A DNA stretch of 55,647 nt, taken from the IMG/VR virus record IMGVR_UViG_3300044838_000023, positions 1 through 55,647 of that record; one strand, written 5' to 3'. The DNA is from a virus. Lineage: Duplodnaviria > Caudoviricetes. Positions 9,927 to 18,460 of the stretch are shown here, in pieces. Position 1 is the first letter of the stretch. The number at the start of each line of letters is the position of its first letter. The notes beneath the pieces are model-generated. The model saw only the letters and a list, made by a program, of their open reading frames with translations. It was not told where the DNA came from and did not search any database. A program made the translations under genes and the position numbers.

Positions 9927-10035
9927 CAATCCAAGTCGGGTCCATGAACGGATGCTTCCCCCCACCCAAGTATCCAATCCGATCAATTTGGGCGAACATG
10001 GATACAACAGCCCATTCATACTTAAGGAGGTTCGC

Positions 10036-10110
10036 ATGTATATCGGAGGCGGAACAATCCTGGTGATCCTGATCATCGTGATTATTGTGCTACTCGTTCG
10101 GCGACCATAG
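10036..10110 (+). CDS. 24-aa membrane micropeptide MYIGGGTILVILIIVIIVLLVRRP
   Basis: Perfect SD taaggaggt 5 nt before ATG; single TM helix with basic end. Confidence 0.6.
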   Translation: MYIGGGTILVILIIVIIVLLVRRP

Positions 10111-10326
10111 GTGGTACAAGAGTACATCTGTCCAATCGACAGACAAACGCTTGAGTGGCATCTGAAAATCCATACCGAGCATCAAGACGGACGCAAGATC
10201 TATTTCGGTGACAAATTGGGGTGCGGATTCATATCCCCAATCGATCGTCTGCAGCACGAGCAACCGAAAGATCATTACTGAATGTCGATGGGGCCCCAAT
10301 AACCACAAAATCTCCGGAGGAACAAA

Positions 10327-10551
10327 TTGGCAGGCGAGGAAGTAGAGATATTCACCCGCTTTGGTGGGACAGTCGACTCGGTGCATGATGCATTCGCTTT
10401 CATTATGGAGCACATGGACAAGGTCGGTGCGTTCCCAGCAATCGAGGTGACTCCATGTTGGGTCGATGAGGAGATGAGGGAGTTCCAGCACTATCACGTT
10501 GCTGTGTTTGGTGCTGTGAACGCTCAGCCGACTCATAATCGCCATGGGTGA
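10327..10551 (+). CDS. Hypothetical protein
   Basis: SD ggagg before TTG start. Confidence 0.55.
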   Translation: MAGEEVEIFTRFGGTVDSVHDAFAFIMEHMDKVGAFPAIEVTPCWVDEEMREFQHYHVAVFGAVNAQPTHNRHG

Positions 10552-10681
10552 ATCCAAGAAGCAGAAGAAAGCTCAACGAGTTCGTCAGAAGATGCTTGAG
10601 CGTCAGCCATCCAAGGCATCGCAGATCAAAGATCTGATGAGGAGACTCGATAAAATGTATCCTGAAACTAAGGGGAAGTAA

Positions 10682-11389
10682 GTGAAGAAGATCAGGTTAC
10701 GTAGTGACTTCGATGTTGACCTTGTCCAGTGGGCAGGAGATGACGAGTTCATCTGCAAGGCGGCGCGGGTATCCACGCTTGGTGCAGCCTCGATTGACTC
10801 CAAGGAGTCTGAGGGTCTGCTCATGTTCCTGATGCGTAATCGTCACGGCTCACCATTCGAGCATGGGCTGATGACGTTCAGGATCACCGGGCCCATATTC
10901 ATGTGGCGAGAGTTCATGCGGCATCGCATCGGCTTCAGCTACAACGAGGAGTCGGGTCGCTACAAGATCTTGGACGGTGTCTTCTACCTTCCGAGTGCGC
11001 GTCGCAAACTGATCCAGGTCGGCAAGGCCGGAGAGTATGAGTTCCGGGAAGGATCAGCAGAGCAGTACGACATCATGCGCGAGAACAAGATCAAGAGTTA
11101 CAAGCGGGCTTGGAAGAGCTACAACATCCAGCTCGAGGCCGGCATTGCCAAGGAGGTTGCGCGGATGGAACTTCCTGTTGCGACATATTCCACGGCATAT
11201 GTGACATGCAATCCCCGGAGCTTGATGAGCTTCTTGGGTCTGCGGACTTACGGGAACTACAGCAATCTCTTCAAGTCAACACCGCAGTGGGAGATCAGCA
11301 ACGTTGCTGATCAGATGGAAACTCACTTCGCCAAGCTCTATCCCATCACGCAGGCCATATTCGACAACAACGGTCGAGTAGCTCCGTAA
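10682..11389 (+). CDS. thyX: Flavin-dependent thymidylate synthase
   Basis: HGSPFEH, RHRIGFSYNEESGRY (RHRx7S) and KEVARMELP motifs. Confidence 0.95.
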   Translation: MKKIRLRSDFDVDLVQWAGDDEFICKAARVSTLGAASIDSKESEGLLMFLMRNRHGSPFEHGLMTFRITGPIFMWREFMRHRIGFSYNEESGRYKILDGVFYLPSARRKLIQVGKAGEYEFREGSAEQYDIMRENKIKSYKRAWKSYNIQLEAGIAKEVARMELPVATYSTAYVTCNPRSLMSFLGLRTYGNYSNLFKSTPQWEISNVADQMETHFAKLYPITQAIFDNNGRVAP

Positions 11390-11412
11390 CACCCAAACTG
11401 AAAGGAGAACGG

Positions 11413-11610
11413 ATGTCGACAATTTTGGAACGGGATCTTCGCACACTTCTGCGTGATATCAATGGACAGATTGCCGTTGTTAATAGGTTTGCTGAGGCTC
11501 AGAAAGTCGAGGCCAAGTACATGCAAACCCCGAACGGTAATTATGTAATGATCCCACTCTTGTTCGCGAAGTCCAACATCCTTCTAGCCCTATCTAATCT
11601 GGAGAAATAA
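11413..11610 (+). CDS. Hypothetical protein
   Basis: SD aaggag, tight packing. Confidence 0.6.
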   Translation: MSTILERDLRTLLRDINGQIAVVNRFAEAQKVEAKYMQTPNGNYVMIPLLFAKSNILLALSNLEK

Positions 11611-11611
11611 C

Positions 11612-11881
11612 ATGACCACCAAGAAGCAGCGCCGCGAGCAGACTGCGGCCAAGACCGAAGAGCGTCGTCAGGCTCTTGCCGCCGAGAATCTGGCAGTACT
11701 ACAGCGCAGCCGGGATAAGCAGGAGCAGGCTCGCTGGGAACGTGAGCGTGCGGCTAACCAGAAGAAGGCAAAGGATCAAATCAAGGCCGTCGCCAAGGCT
11801 AATAAGACGGAAGTAATCCCCGATAACCTTCAGGAGTCAATGGGCTTCATGATGGTTGCATCATTAGAGCAGGATGCATGA
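11612..11881 (+). CDS. Basic coiled-coil hypothetical protein
   Basis: SD ggag, K/R/E/Q-rich. Confidence 0.6.
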   Translation: MTTKKQRREQTAAKTEERRQALAAENLAVLQRSRDKQEQARWERERAANQKKAKDQIKAVAKANKTEVIPDNLQESMGFMMVASLEQDA

Positions 11882-12371
11882 CAAAAGCGCAAATGCTCAC
11901 ATTGATGGCTGAGCGGACCGGCCTTGAACGAAACACCATCAAGGATCTGATGAAAAAGGGTTGGATCTACGACGATGGTCTCGGCATTTTTACCGCGCCG
12001 AAGAGGTCTAATGCCTGAGTCAATTGGTAGCACGCTCACAACCAGCATGACAATGACTCTCAGGCCAAACACCAAAGAGGAGAAGATCGCTGCGGTACAG
12101 GTTGTCTGTGGTGCTGAAGCATGCCAAGGCAAAGAGGATGCGATTGTGATCCTCGAAGCTCTTGGTTTGATTAAGCCGAAGGGAACATCTCATGTCTAGA
12201 TATTTGGTCACGCAGACGCAAGAAATCACAGTCGAAGCACCATCGGCAGCAGTGGCTCGGACAATTGCTGCCGCAGGTTTCCAACAGAAACTCAGCCCCA
12301 AGAATATTCAGGCTGGGATGTCCATATCCAACATCCAAAACGTCAAACTGCACGTAGAAAAGGTGAGCTGA

Positions 12372-12884
12372 ATGCCCCAGAATGATGAAAGCGTACTGCT
12401 CGAGAACGTCAAGATCATCTACCGGAACTTCACTGGTCGTGAGACTGACTACAACCAGAAGGGCAGCCGTAACTTCGGCGTCCTCCTCACCCCGGAGATG
12501 GCTGACGGGTTGGCGTCTGATGGCTACAACGTCAAGACCACAAAGGAGCGGGAGCTCGATGAGGGCGAGATGACCGGCGGGGAGCCCTGGTTGCCGGTTG
12601 CCGTTGGCTACAACGTTCGTCCGCCGCAGATCTGGATGATCACGAAGCGTGGTCGTACCTTGCTCGAAGAGGGGATGCTCATGCTGCTGGACGAGGCTGA
12701 GATCACTCACGTCGACATGTACGTCCGACCGTACGACTGGGAGCTGAAGACCGGAGCCAAGGGCCGTAAGGCATATCTCAAGACGCTGTTCATCACCATC
12801 CAGGAGAACGAGCTCGACGAAAAGTATGGAGACATTCCGATCGCTGGTGCTCGCGTGAGTTCGTCGTCTAGCGACGAAGACTGA
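12372..12884 (+). CDS. Single-stranded DNA-binding protein (phage OB-fold type)
   Basis: RNF.G...YN..G.RNF N-terminus, PYDWE...G.KAYLKT, acidic C-terminal tail; SD aaggtga. Confidence 0.65.
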   Translation: MPQNDESVLLENVKIIYRNFTGRETDYNQKGSRNFGVLLTPEMADGLASDGYNVKTTKERELDEGEMTGGEPWLPVAVGYNVRPPQIWMITKRGRTLLEEGMLMLLDEAEITHVDMYVRPYDWELKTGAKGRKAYLKTLFITIQENELDEKYGDIPIAGARVSSSSSDED

Positions 12885-12975
12885 CCTACCTCCATATCTA
12901 AGGGCCCTCGCATAGTTATGTCTGCGTAGGTATAAAAGACAGCATAGTGCGCCCTCATAAAATGAAAGGAAAGCT

Positions 12976-13209
12976 ATGTTTGAATTCTTGTTGGGTCTGC
13001 GTCGTTTCCGTAAGGCTCTCGCAAAAACCAAACTGGCCAAAGTGCTGAGTTTGGAAAATGGAAACGAGATCGTCCGGAACGCGATGGCTTACGCGTATGA
13101 GGTTGGTAGTGGATCTGGCTTATTTGAGCAGGTCCACACCAGCGCGGAGAATCCCTTCCTCGACCATAACTGGCGTGTCAACATTATTCCCGGAGAGGAA
13201 TGTCAATGA
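12976..13209 (+). CDS. Hypothetical protein
   Basis: SD aaagga. Confidence 0.55.
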   Translation: MFEFLLGLRRFRKALAKTKLAKVLSLENGNEIVRNAMAYAYEVGSGSGLFEQVHTSAENPFLDHNWRVNIIPGEECQ

Positions 13210-13676
13210 GTGACGAGCGACCGAAACCCGGTTTCACAAAGCAACGACAAGATCGAGACGTTTCTGAGAAGGTCAGCCGTTCCCGAGCCAGCATCTCCAA
13301 CGAGGTGATGAACATTGATCATCCCGGCATGTTTGCTTCGGCAGACAAACTCGTTATCAACTGGGACGGCGAGCAGTACTACAAGAGCTGCGGGGCGTTC
13401 GTCTCTAAGGTTGGAGATGGCGGCGAGTCAAGTTGCGTGAAGCGGGAGGGACACCCCGGAACCGTTCACGAAGACTTCGACGGACGAACTAAGGATGAAT
13501 GGGACTTCGGTTTCGGTATCCTTAGTCTTGAAGAGGCAGTCGGCCAAGCTGTTGGTGCTGCATCGGCGTGCTGGGATAATCTTGAAGGAGCTGGTGTGTT
13601 CCAGTCGACAAGAGCCAAGGCTATCGTCGAGCAACTGATGGACCGTATCAAGATGTCTTGGCCTGCTGATGACTGA
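13206..13676 (+). CDS. Hypothetical protein
   Basis: Coupled ORF; GQAVGAASACW....G.GVF.S motif. Confidence 0.6.
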   Translation: MSDERPKPGFTKQRQDRDVSEKVSRSRASISNEVMNIDHPGMFASADKLVINWDGEQYYKSCGAFVSKVGDGGESSCVKREGHPGTVHEDFDGRTKDEWDFGFGILSLEEAVGQAVGAASACWDNLEGAGVFQSTRAKAIVEQLMDRIKMSWPADD

Positions 13677-14082
13677 GGAACCGATCTATCCGTCAGAGGG
13701 CGCATTTGTTCTAAAGCAGCAGACCATATGGGCTATGTGTTTTGATGGTTCCAGAGCGAATGGACACGAGATCATAGCGTTTGTGTTTCGCCGAAACGGT
13801 TCTGGGACTTTCGTCACCAACAACGACAACCTTCAACGAGGATTCTTTCTATATATCGAAGGGATCTCCGGAGCCGTTCCCGAAGGAAGCTGGGTCGTTT
13901 ACGTCCGTGATAATGAGTTCGTTTGCATGACTGACCAATACTTCAAAACGATATACGAGCCTGCTAACATGCCGGCCTATCGAGGTAGTGGTCCAGGTGG
14001 GCCCGGTGGAATAGCCGGTATTTATGAGGGTGGTGACAGTGGCCGCTATCGTTCATCCCCCATGGCCGGAACCGGGCAGTAA
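13669..14082 (+). CDS. Hypothetical protein, paralog family member 1 (A+.+DG...W+V...F...Y type)
   Basis: Aligns by eye with 14191-14445 and 14723-15115. Confidence 0.6.
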   Translation: MTEEPIYPSEGAFVLKQQTIWAMCFDGSRANGHEIIAFVFRRNGSGTFVTNNDNLQRGFFLYIEGISGAVPEGSWVVYVRDNEFVCMTDQYFKTIYEPANMPAYRGSGPGGPGGIAGIYEGGDSGRYRSSPMAGTGQ

Positions 14083-14190
14083 GAAAGGCGATCATCTCTT
14101 CGGTCCCTGGTTCGCCAAGGACAAGCGCCACAAATACCGAGCCTGCGTCCACCCGGATTGCAAGGAAGTCGAGATTGAGGAAGTGAAGTA

Positions 14191-14445
14191 ATGGCTGACA
14201 AATACATTCTGAACCAGAGTCCGGTTGAGGCAATGCAGCATGATGGGACAACGGCTCGGGCCTACGAGATTCTTGCGTGGGTCTACCGTAACAACGGGAC
14301 CGGATCGTTCCAGGCTACCGAGCTCAAGGTTGCTCCGATCGATGACCCCATCGCTGGGAATGAGTGGGTAGTGCTGATTTCCAACCAGGGGTTCGCCAGT
14401 TTCACCAATGATGCTTTCGTCTCCACATACGTGCCGGCTTACTGA
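14191..14445 (+). CDS. Hypothetical protein, paralog family member 2
   Basis: PVEAMQHDG...EILAWVYRNNGTGSF...NEWVVL...FVSTY. Confidence 0.6.
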   Translation: MADKYILNQSPVEAMQHDGTTARAYEILAWVYRNNGTGSFQATELKVAPIDDPIAGNEWVVLISNQGFASFTNDAFVSTYVPAY

Positions 14446-14669
14446 TGGTTGCTGTCACTGAACCACCACCGTTCATCGCGGGCCGAAGCGAACGTCCTCC
14501 AGCACCACCAACTCGTAGCGGTTCGGTAAGTCCAGACGAGAGGCGTCGTGAAACAGCGCTGGGCTTTGCGGTACAGACCTTCCAATCTGCTCAGGGTCTC
14601 GACACCAGCCACACCAGTAGTATCCTCGAGCGTGCCAAGATCTTTGAGGACTATATCGCTGGGGGTTAG
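14445..14669 (+). CDS. Hypothetical protein
   Basis: R..AL.FAV....ILERAKIFEDYI helix pair; coupled start/stop. Confidence 0.55.
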   Translation: MVAVTEPPPFIAGRSERPPAPPTRSGSVSPDERRRETALGFAVQTFQSAQGLDTSHTSSILERAKIFEDYIAGG

Positions 14670-14722
14670 ATGCTCTGGTTCTTCTGGTCGCTCTTCACAC
14701 ATCTAAAGAAAAGGAAGTTAAA

Positions 14723-15115
14723 GTGACTCTCGATATTGAGAAGTTCATTCGAAAGTCGTTCCCGGTGGATGCCGTTCGGGTCACCGTCGACAACCTCGAG
14801 GAAGTAGCCAAGTGGTGTAGCGGTGAGATCCGTGAAGACACCACCGAGGACAATCCCAGCGGTCACTCGAAGATGATTTGGGTAATGGTGCAGTACCCGA
14901 TGAACGACCGACAGTCCAAGGCGTACGTCGGCGACTGGGTACTCTACTCGGGTAGGGGATACAAGGTCTACACCGACCGAGGATTTCGCAAGGTCTTCGA
15001 TGAGAAGGTTGCGGAGCAGAATGTCTTCGAGTCTGGCGTGACGAGCCACGGTGGTATTCCTGGAATCTCCCCGGCCAGTAGTAACCCCGGGGGTAGCACA
15101 CACAAGCTCGGGTAG
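14723..15115 (+). CDS. Hypothetical protein, paralog family member 3
   Basis: KFIRKSFPVDAVRVT...EVAKWC...A.VGDWVL...F. Confidence 0.6.
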   Translation: MTLDIEKFIRKSFPVDAVRVTVDNLEEVAKWCSGEIREDTTEDNPSGHSKMIWVMVQYPMNDRQSKAYVGDWVLYSGRGYKVYTDRGFRKVFDEKVAEQNVFESGVTSHGGIPGISPASSNPGGSTHKLG

Positions 15116-15196
15116 TTATTGCAGGTTGGTCAGGTATTCGTAGGGGGTACCTGGCCTTCCTGGAGGAACTCACCTCCAGAGAGAAAGGAATCAATC

Positions 15197-15496
15197 ATGC
15201 CCGAAGATGACACGTGGCCGTCTGATCCGGCTGCCGCGCAGACCGCCGACCTTACGGAGCCGGAGTCGAAGGAGGACACGCCGGTGGAAGAGGAAGCGGT
15301 GGTCACCAGTCCGGCCGGGGAATCGGACGTCGAAGGCGTTAAGGTCGGCGGTCTCGAGTACACCGAGAACCCCGATGGTACTCGGCACTACCCGGAGCAG
15401 GAGCCGGTTGAGACCACTGGGGACCCGACGCCCACGCCGCAGATCATCACGGACGCCCAGCCGCCGCAGAACACCAGCGACTCGGTCGGGCAGTAG
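15197..15496 (+). CDS. Acidic, Pro/Thr-rich disordered protein
   Basis: ATG 15197 after aaagga SD; strongly biased C/G-ending codons. Confidence 0.6.
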   Translation: MPEDDTWPSDPAAAQTADLTEPESKEDTPVEEEAVVTSPAGESDVEGVKVGGLEYTENPDGTRHYPEQEPVETTGDPTPTPQIITDAQPPQNTSDSVGQ

Positions 15497-15506
15497 TACC
15501 CAAGGT

Positions 15507-15592
15507 TCGCAGCTGATTAGTTGCGAGTGAGGCATGACGATATCGTAGGGGAATCGTTGTGCCTTGCTCGGAGGAATCAGCCAAATCCCTAC
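15507..15592 (+). ncRNA. Candidate structured cis-regulatory RNA upstream of the RHH gene
   Basis: 18-bp stem 15524-15541/15553-15570 with 4 G-U pairs, outer GCTGATT/AATCAGC helix, loop GTAGGG complementary to CCCTAC at 15587. Confidence 0.45.
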
Positions 15593-15609
15593 ACACATTA
15601 AGGATTCAA

Positions 15610-15771
15610 ATGCGACCTAAACAGGTTAACTTTCAAGTAGACAAAGAACTGCTCGAGGACATCAAAGTCTTAGCACATCGTCGGAGCAAAACTGTTTCTG
15701 AATTGATTCGTCTGCTTATTCAAGACGAACTTGAAAGAGAAGCAGAGAAGCATATAGTGTTCAATAATTAA
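15610..15771 (+). CDS. Ribbon-helix-helix (Arc/CopG-like) transcription regulator
   Basis: KQVNFQVD beta strand, helix, SKTVSELIRLLI helix; SD aagga. Confidence 0.75.
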   Translation: MRPKQVNFQVDKELLEDIKVLAHRRSKTVSELIRLLIQDELEREAEKHIVFNN

Positions 15772-15807
15772 CTCACACAAAACCCAAATTGAGAGGAAGT
15801 GTTTCAA

Positions 15808-16392
15808 ATGAAGAAGCTCTTTGTTCTATTGCTCGCATTTGTTATCGTAATACCGGTGGTTATGGCTGGTTCTGCAAACGCCAAGGCCCGCCCAACCGGT
15901 GCGGGAAACATCCCGTGGAACTCAGCAGATTGGAGTCATACCGTTGGGCATTTCTCAACCATCTACGTTGAGGACCACACAAAGGCCTGGCCTGTTGCTA
16001 AGGCAGTCAAAGCCTGGGGATCGGGTCTACACTACACACGAAAGTGCCCAGTTGGAGCTAACTGTGTGCGGGTATATTCGATCCTGGATGTCGGAATGCA
16101 CACCATGGAGGGTGGTACCACAGTTGTTGATCATCACTGGGTTGGCAACATCGACTACCGTAAGAGTGTCCGCATTGAGCTTAACCGATTCTGGACTACA
16201 GGGACTCGTAATCCTCACCAGAAGCCGTTGGCTGCTCTGAGTATTGTAACTCATGAGCTCGGTCATGCTCTTGATCTAAATCACGACAACCGTGGTGCTG
16301 GTGGCGTGATGTATCCCTACATGGATCTGCATCACAACAAGATCTCGGCCTATGAGCGCAATGCTCTGAAGCGATTATACGGTATCAAGTAG
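15808..16392 (+). CDS. Secreted metzincin (matrixin-like) zinc metalloprotease
   Basis: Signal peptide MKKLFVLLLAF...ANA; HELGHALDLNH zinc motif; Met-turn VMYP. Confidence 0.85.
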   Translation: MKKLFVLLLAFVIVIPVVMAGSANAKARPTGAGNIPWNSADWSHTVGHFSTIYVEDHTKAWPVAKAVKAWGSGLHYTRKCPVGANCVRVYSILDVGMHTMEGGTTVVDHHWVGNIDYRKSVRIELNRFWTTGTRNPHQKPLAALSIVTHELGHALDLNHDNRGAGGVMYPYMDLHHNKISAYERNALKRLYGIK

Positions 16393-16396
16393 TTGG

Positions 16397-16438
16397 TTAG
16401 TTGGGGGCTTCGGCCCCTATACTAAGGTTTTCATTTTT
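16397..16438 (+). terminator. Intrinsic terminator
   Basis: GGGGC-TTCG-GCCCC tetraloop hairpin with extended stem and T tracts. Confidence 0.75.
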
Positions 16439-16471
16439 CGACTTAATATCGGGTGATTAAAAGGAGCTCTT

Positions 16472-17047
16472 GTGAAACTGTACACATTCCCTACTCAGGA
16501 AGATCTGGCTCGACTAGAGCGAACCACTGAGGAATACATGCATCCCAACCGTGTCCCCTTCGCTGTAGTGGCTGAGGGGCTAATCCACCCCGACGAGTGT
16601 CAGAAGATTGTCATGGATCTGAATCCAATTGCAGGGTTCGAGCATGGTCATTGTGGGGCATTCACTCGAGAGGTCGGTCATCGTCCAGTGCTCGAGAACA
16701 TCAGACTCTTCGGACACCGAGTCAATCAGACGTTCTGGGACTATGAACTCGACGAAGATACCATGACGTGGATGCAGACCTACGAGGCCGGCAGTGAATA
16801 CCAACTACACACTGACATGTCACCTGGTCAGATGCGGAAGATGACAGCCGTGGTGTTCCTGACTGACCCAGACAACTATGTCGGTGGCAACCTCGAGATA
16901 TTCTTCCACCCACAGTCGGTTGTTATTCCTCGAACCCAGGGAACCGTCGTGTTCTTCCAGCCCTGGATCCTTCACAAAGTGTATGGGATTGTCTATGGGA
17001 TCCGACAGACCCTGAACATGTCGTTCTGGGGACCGAACTTCCGATGA
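16472..17047 (+). CDS. 2OG-Fe(II) oxygenase (prolyl-hydroxylase-like)
   Basis: YQLHTD, RKMTAVVFL, Y.GG.L, LHKV...G.R motifs. Confidence 0.85.
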   Translation: MKLYTFPTQEDLARLERTTEEYMHPNRVPFAVVAEGLIHPDECQKIVMDLNPIAGFEHGHCGAFTREVGHRPVLENIRLFGHRVNQTFWDYELDEDTMTWMQTYEAGSEYQLHTDMSPGQMRKMTAVVFLTDPDNYVGGNLEIFFHPQSVVIPRTQGTVVFFQPWILHKVYGIVYGIRQTLNMSFWGPNFR

Positions 17048-18459
17048 ACATCAACTTATTCATCGAGAGACTTCGTGAGGATGAGCAGGCAGATCTCTTA
17101 TTCATGGAACTAGTGGAGATTGAGAAGCGAGAGATTGAGCAGAGCTGCCTCTTCAGAGAGCTGTGCACGTCCACCTGCTGCAACAAAGACCTAAAAGCCT
17201 ATGAGATGCTCGTGGCTTACATCGAGAGCAAACTGAGGAGGACGTATGTCCCAGATAGGCGTAACTTATGGGGTTGATGAGTTCAAGTTTGAGGTTGATG
17301 ATTGGCATTACTTTATCGGTGATGCTGACGATGGACAGCATGTTGTAAATCACGTCTTGTGCTGGTCGCTTGACAACGAGCTGGCATCTAAGCGAGGTGG
17401 GACCATCAACGTCACACTTCTACCAGAGAATGTTACCTGTCAACAATGTCTGGAGTGGTTACATGCCTAAGCTTGTTATTCACTATACGAGAATGATAGA
17501 CGGTGGGCCACTCTGCTGTCCGACTGAAGGTTACTTAGATAAACACGTGACTCTTGAGAAGGATGAAGTGACCTGTCGATTCTGTCTTAAACTATTTAAG
17601 GAGGAAGACGATGGCTGACTCGGTGCCTTGTGGGAATACTGAAACACATATGTTCCACAAACATACTAAAGAAGTAGAGGTGGAATGCTCCGGCAGATCT
17701 CGTTGTAATGCTTGGGCTCATTCGCCACATACATTCTCGGAGAAGCAGGAGTTGTGGTGTGACGGCGTCTGTAAGTGTGGAATGTTCTCTCGAGGACCAC
17801 ATGGGCCTGGAGCTCATAAGTAATACTTTGCTAAACCCAAAAACTGAGAGGATCTAAAATGCATTGGTATCCGTTTATCACCGGCGGTCTCGTTGCGCTG
17901 GGCTACTACCTTGGTAAGTGGGTTAAGGGTCGTGAGATGCGAGAGAACTTGTGGGTGTGGGCCTGCCCTGAGAAAGGCTGTGGTTTCAGTGTCAAGGGAT
18001 CCTATAAGTCTGGGGTTCTCGATCTTGGTAGTTTCCATCAAAAGACGAGTCATCCAAAGTCGCTCAACAAATGGATGACTGTCGAAGCTAAGCGGATCAA
18101 GGAGTAGTCATGCCATTCACACATCTAGTGACCAATCACAAGTGCTCACTACCAAATGTTAGAGACGATAGCTCAGCTTTAGTTATTGGTGATAGGTGGC
18201 GATGTGATGGACCGAGACAAATCATCTACCTCGGCATTACCAAAGAGGTTCCTTGCAATAGGGAATACCAGTGGGTCAACGACCAACGCGAAGGAAACTA
18301 CTGGAAGCCAATCAACCTATGATGACCCATATCTCCGACGACACACCATATGTGATTCTTAAGCGGGTTTGCGAGCTGGTGGGCCACGATTGGGACAAGG
18401 AGACGTCTCGCAATAGGTGGCGTTGCCGGCGCTGTAGCAAACGTAGGAGGGCTAAATGA
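17044..18459 (+). other. Run of about 7 tiny Cys/His-rich hypothetical ORFs (17044-17277, 17246-17470, 17611-17823, 17859-18107, 18110-18322 and others)
   Basis: Overlapping start/stop codons and multiple CxxC pairs (VTCQQC, VTCRFC, CRRC). Confidence 0.55.
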
Positions 18460-18460
18460 T

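Noticed and set aside
16472-17047. DNA hypermodification pathway (oxygenase plus ThyX plus Nmad-like protein)
   Set aside because: The genes are scattered, the oxygenase looks prolyl-hydroxylase-like rather than TET/JBP-like, and no transferase or kinase partner is recognisable
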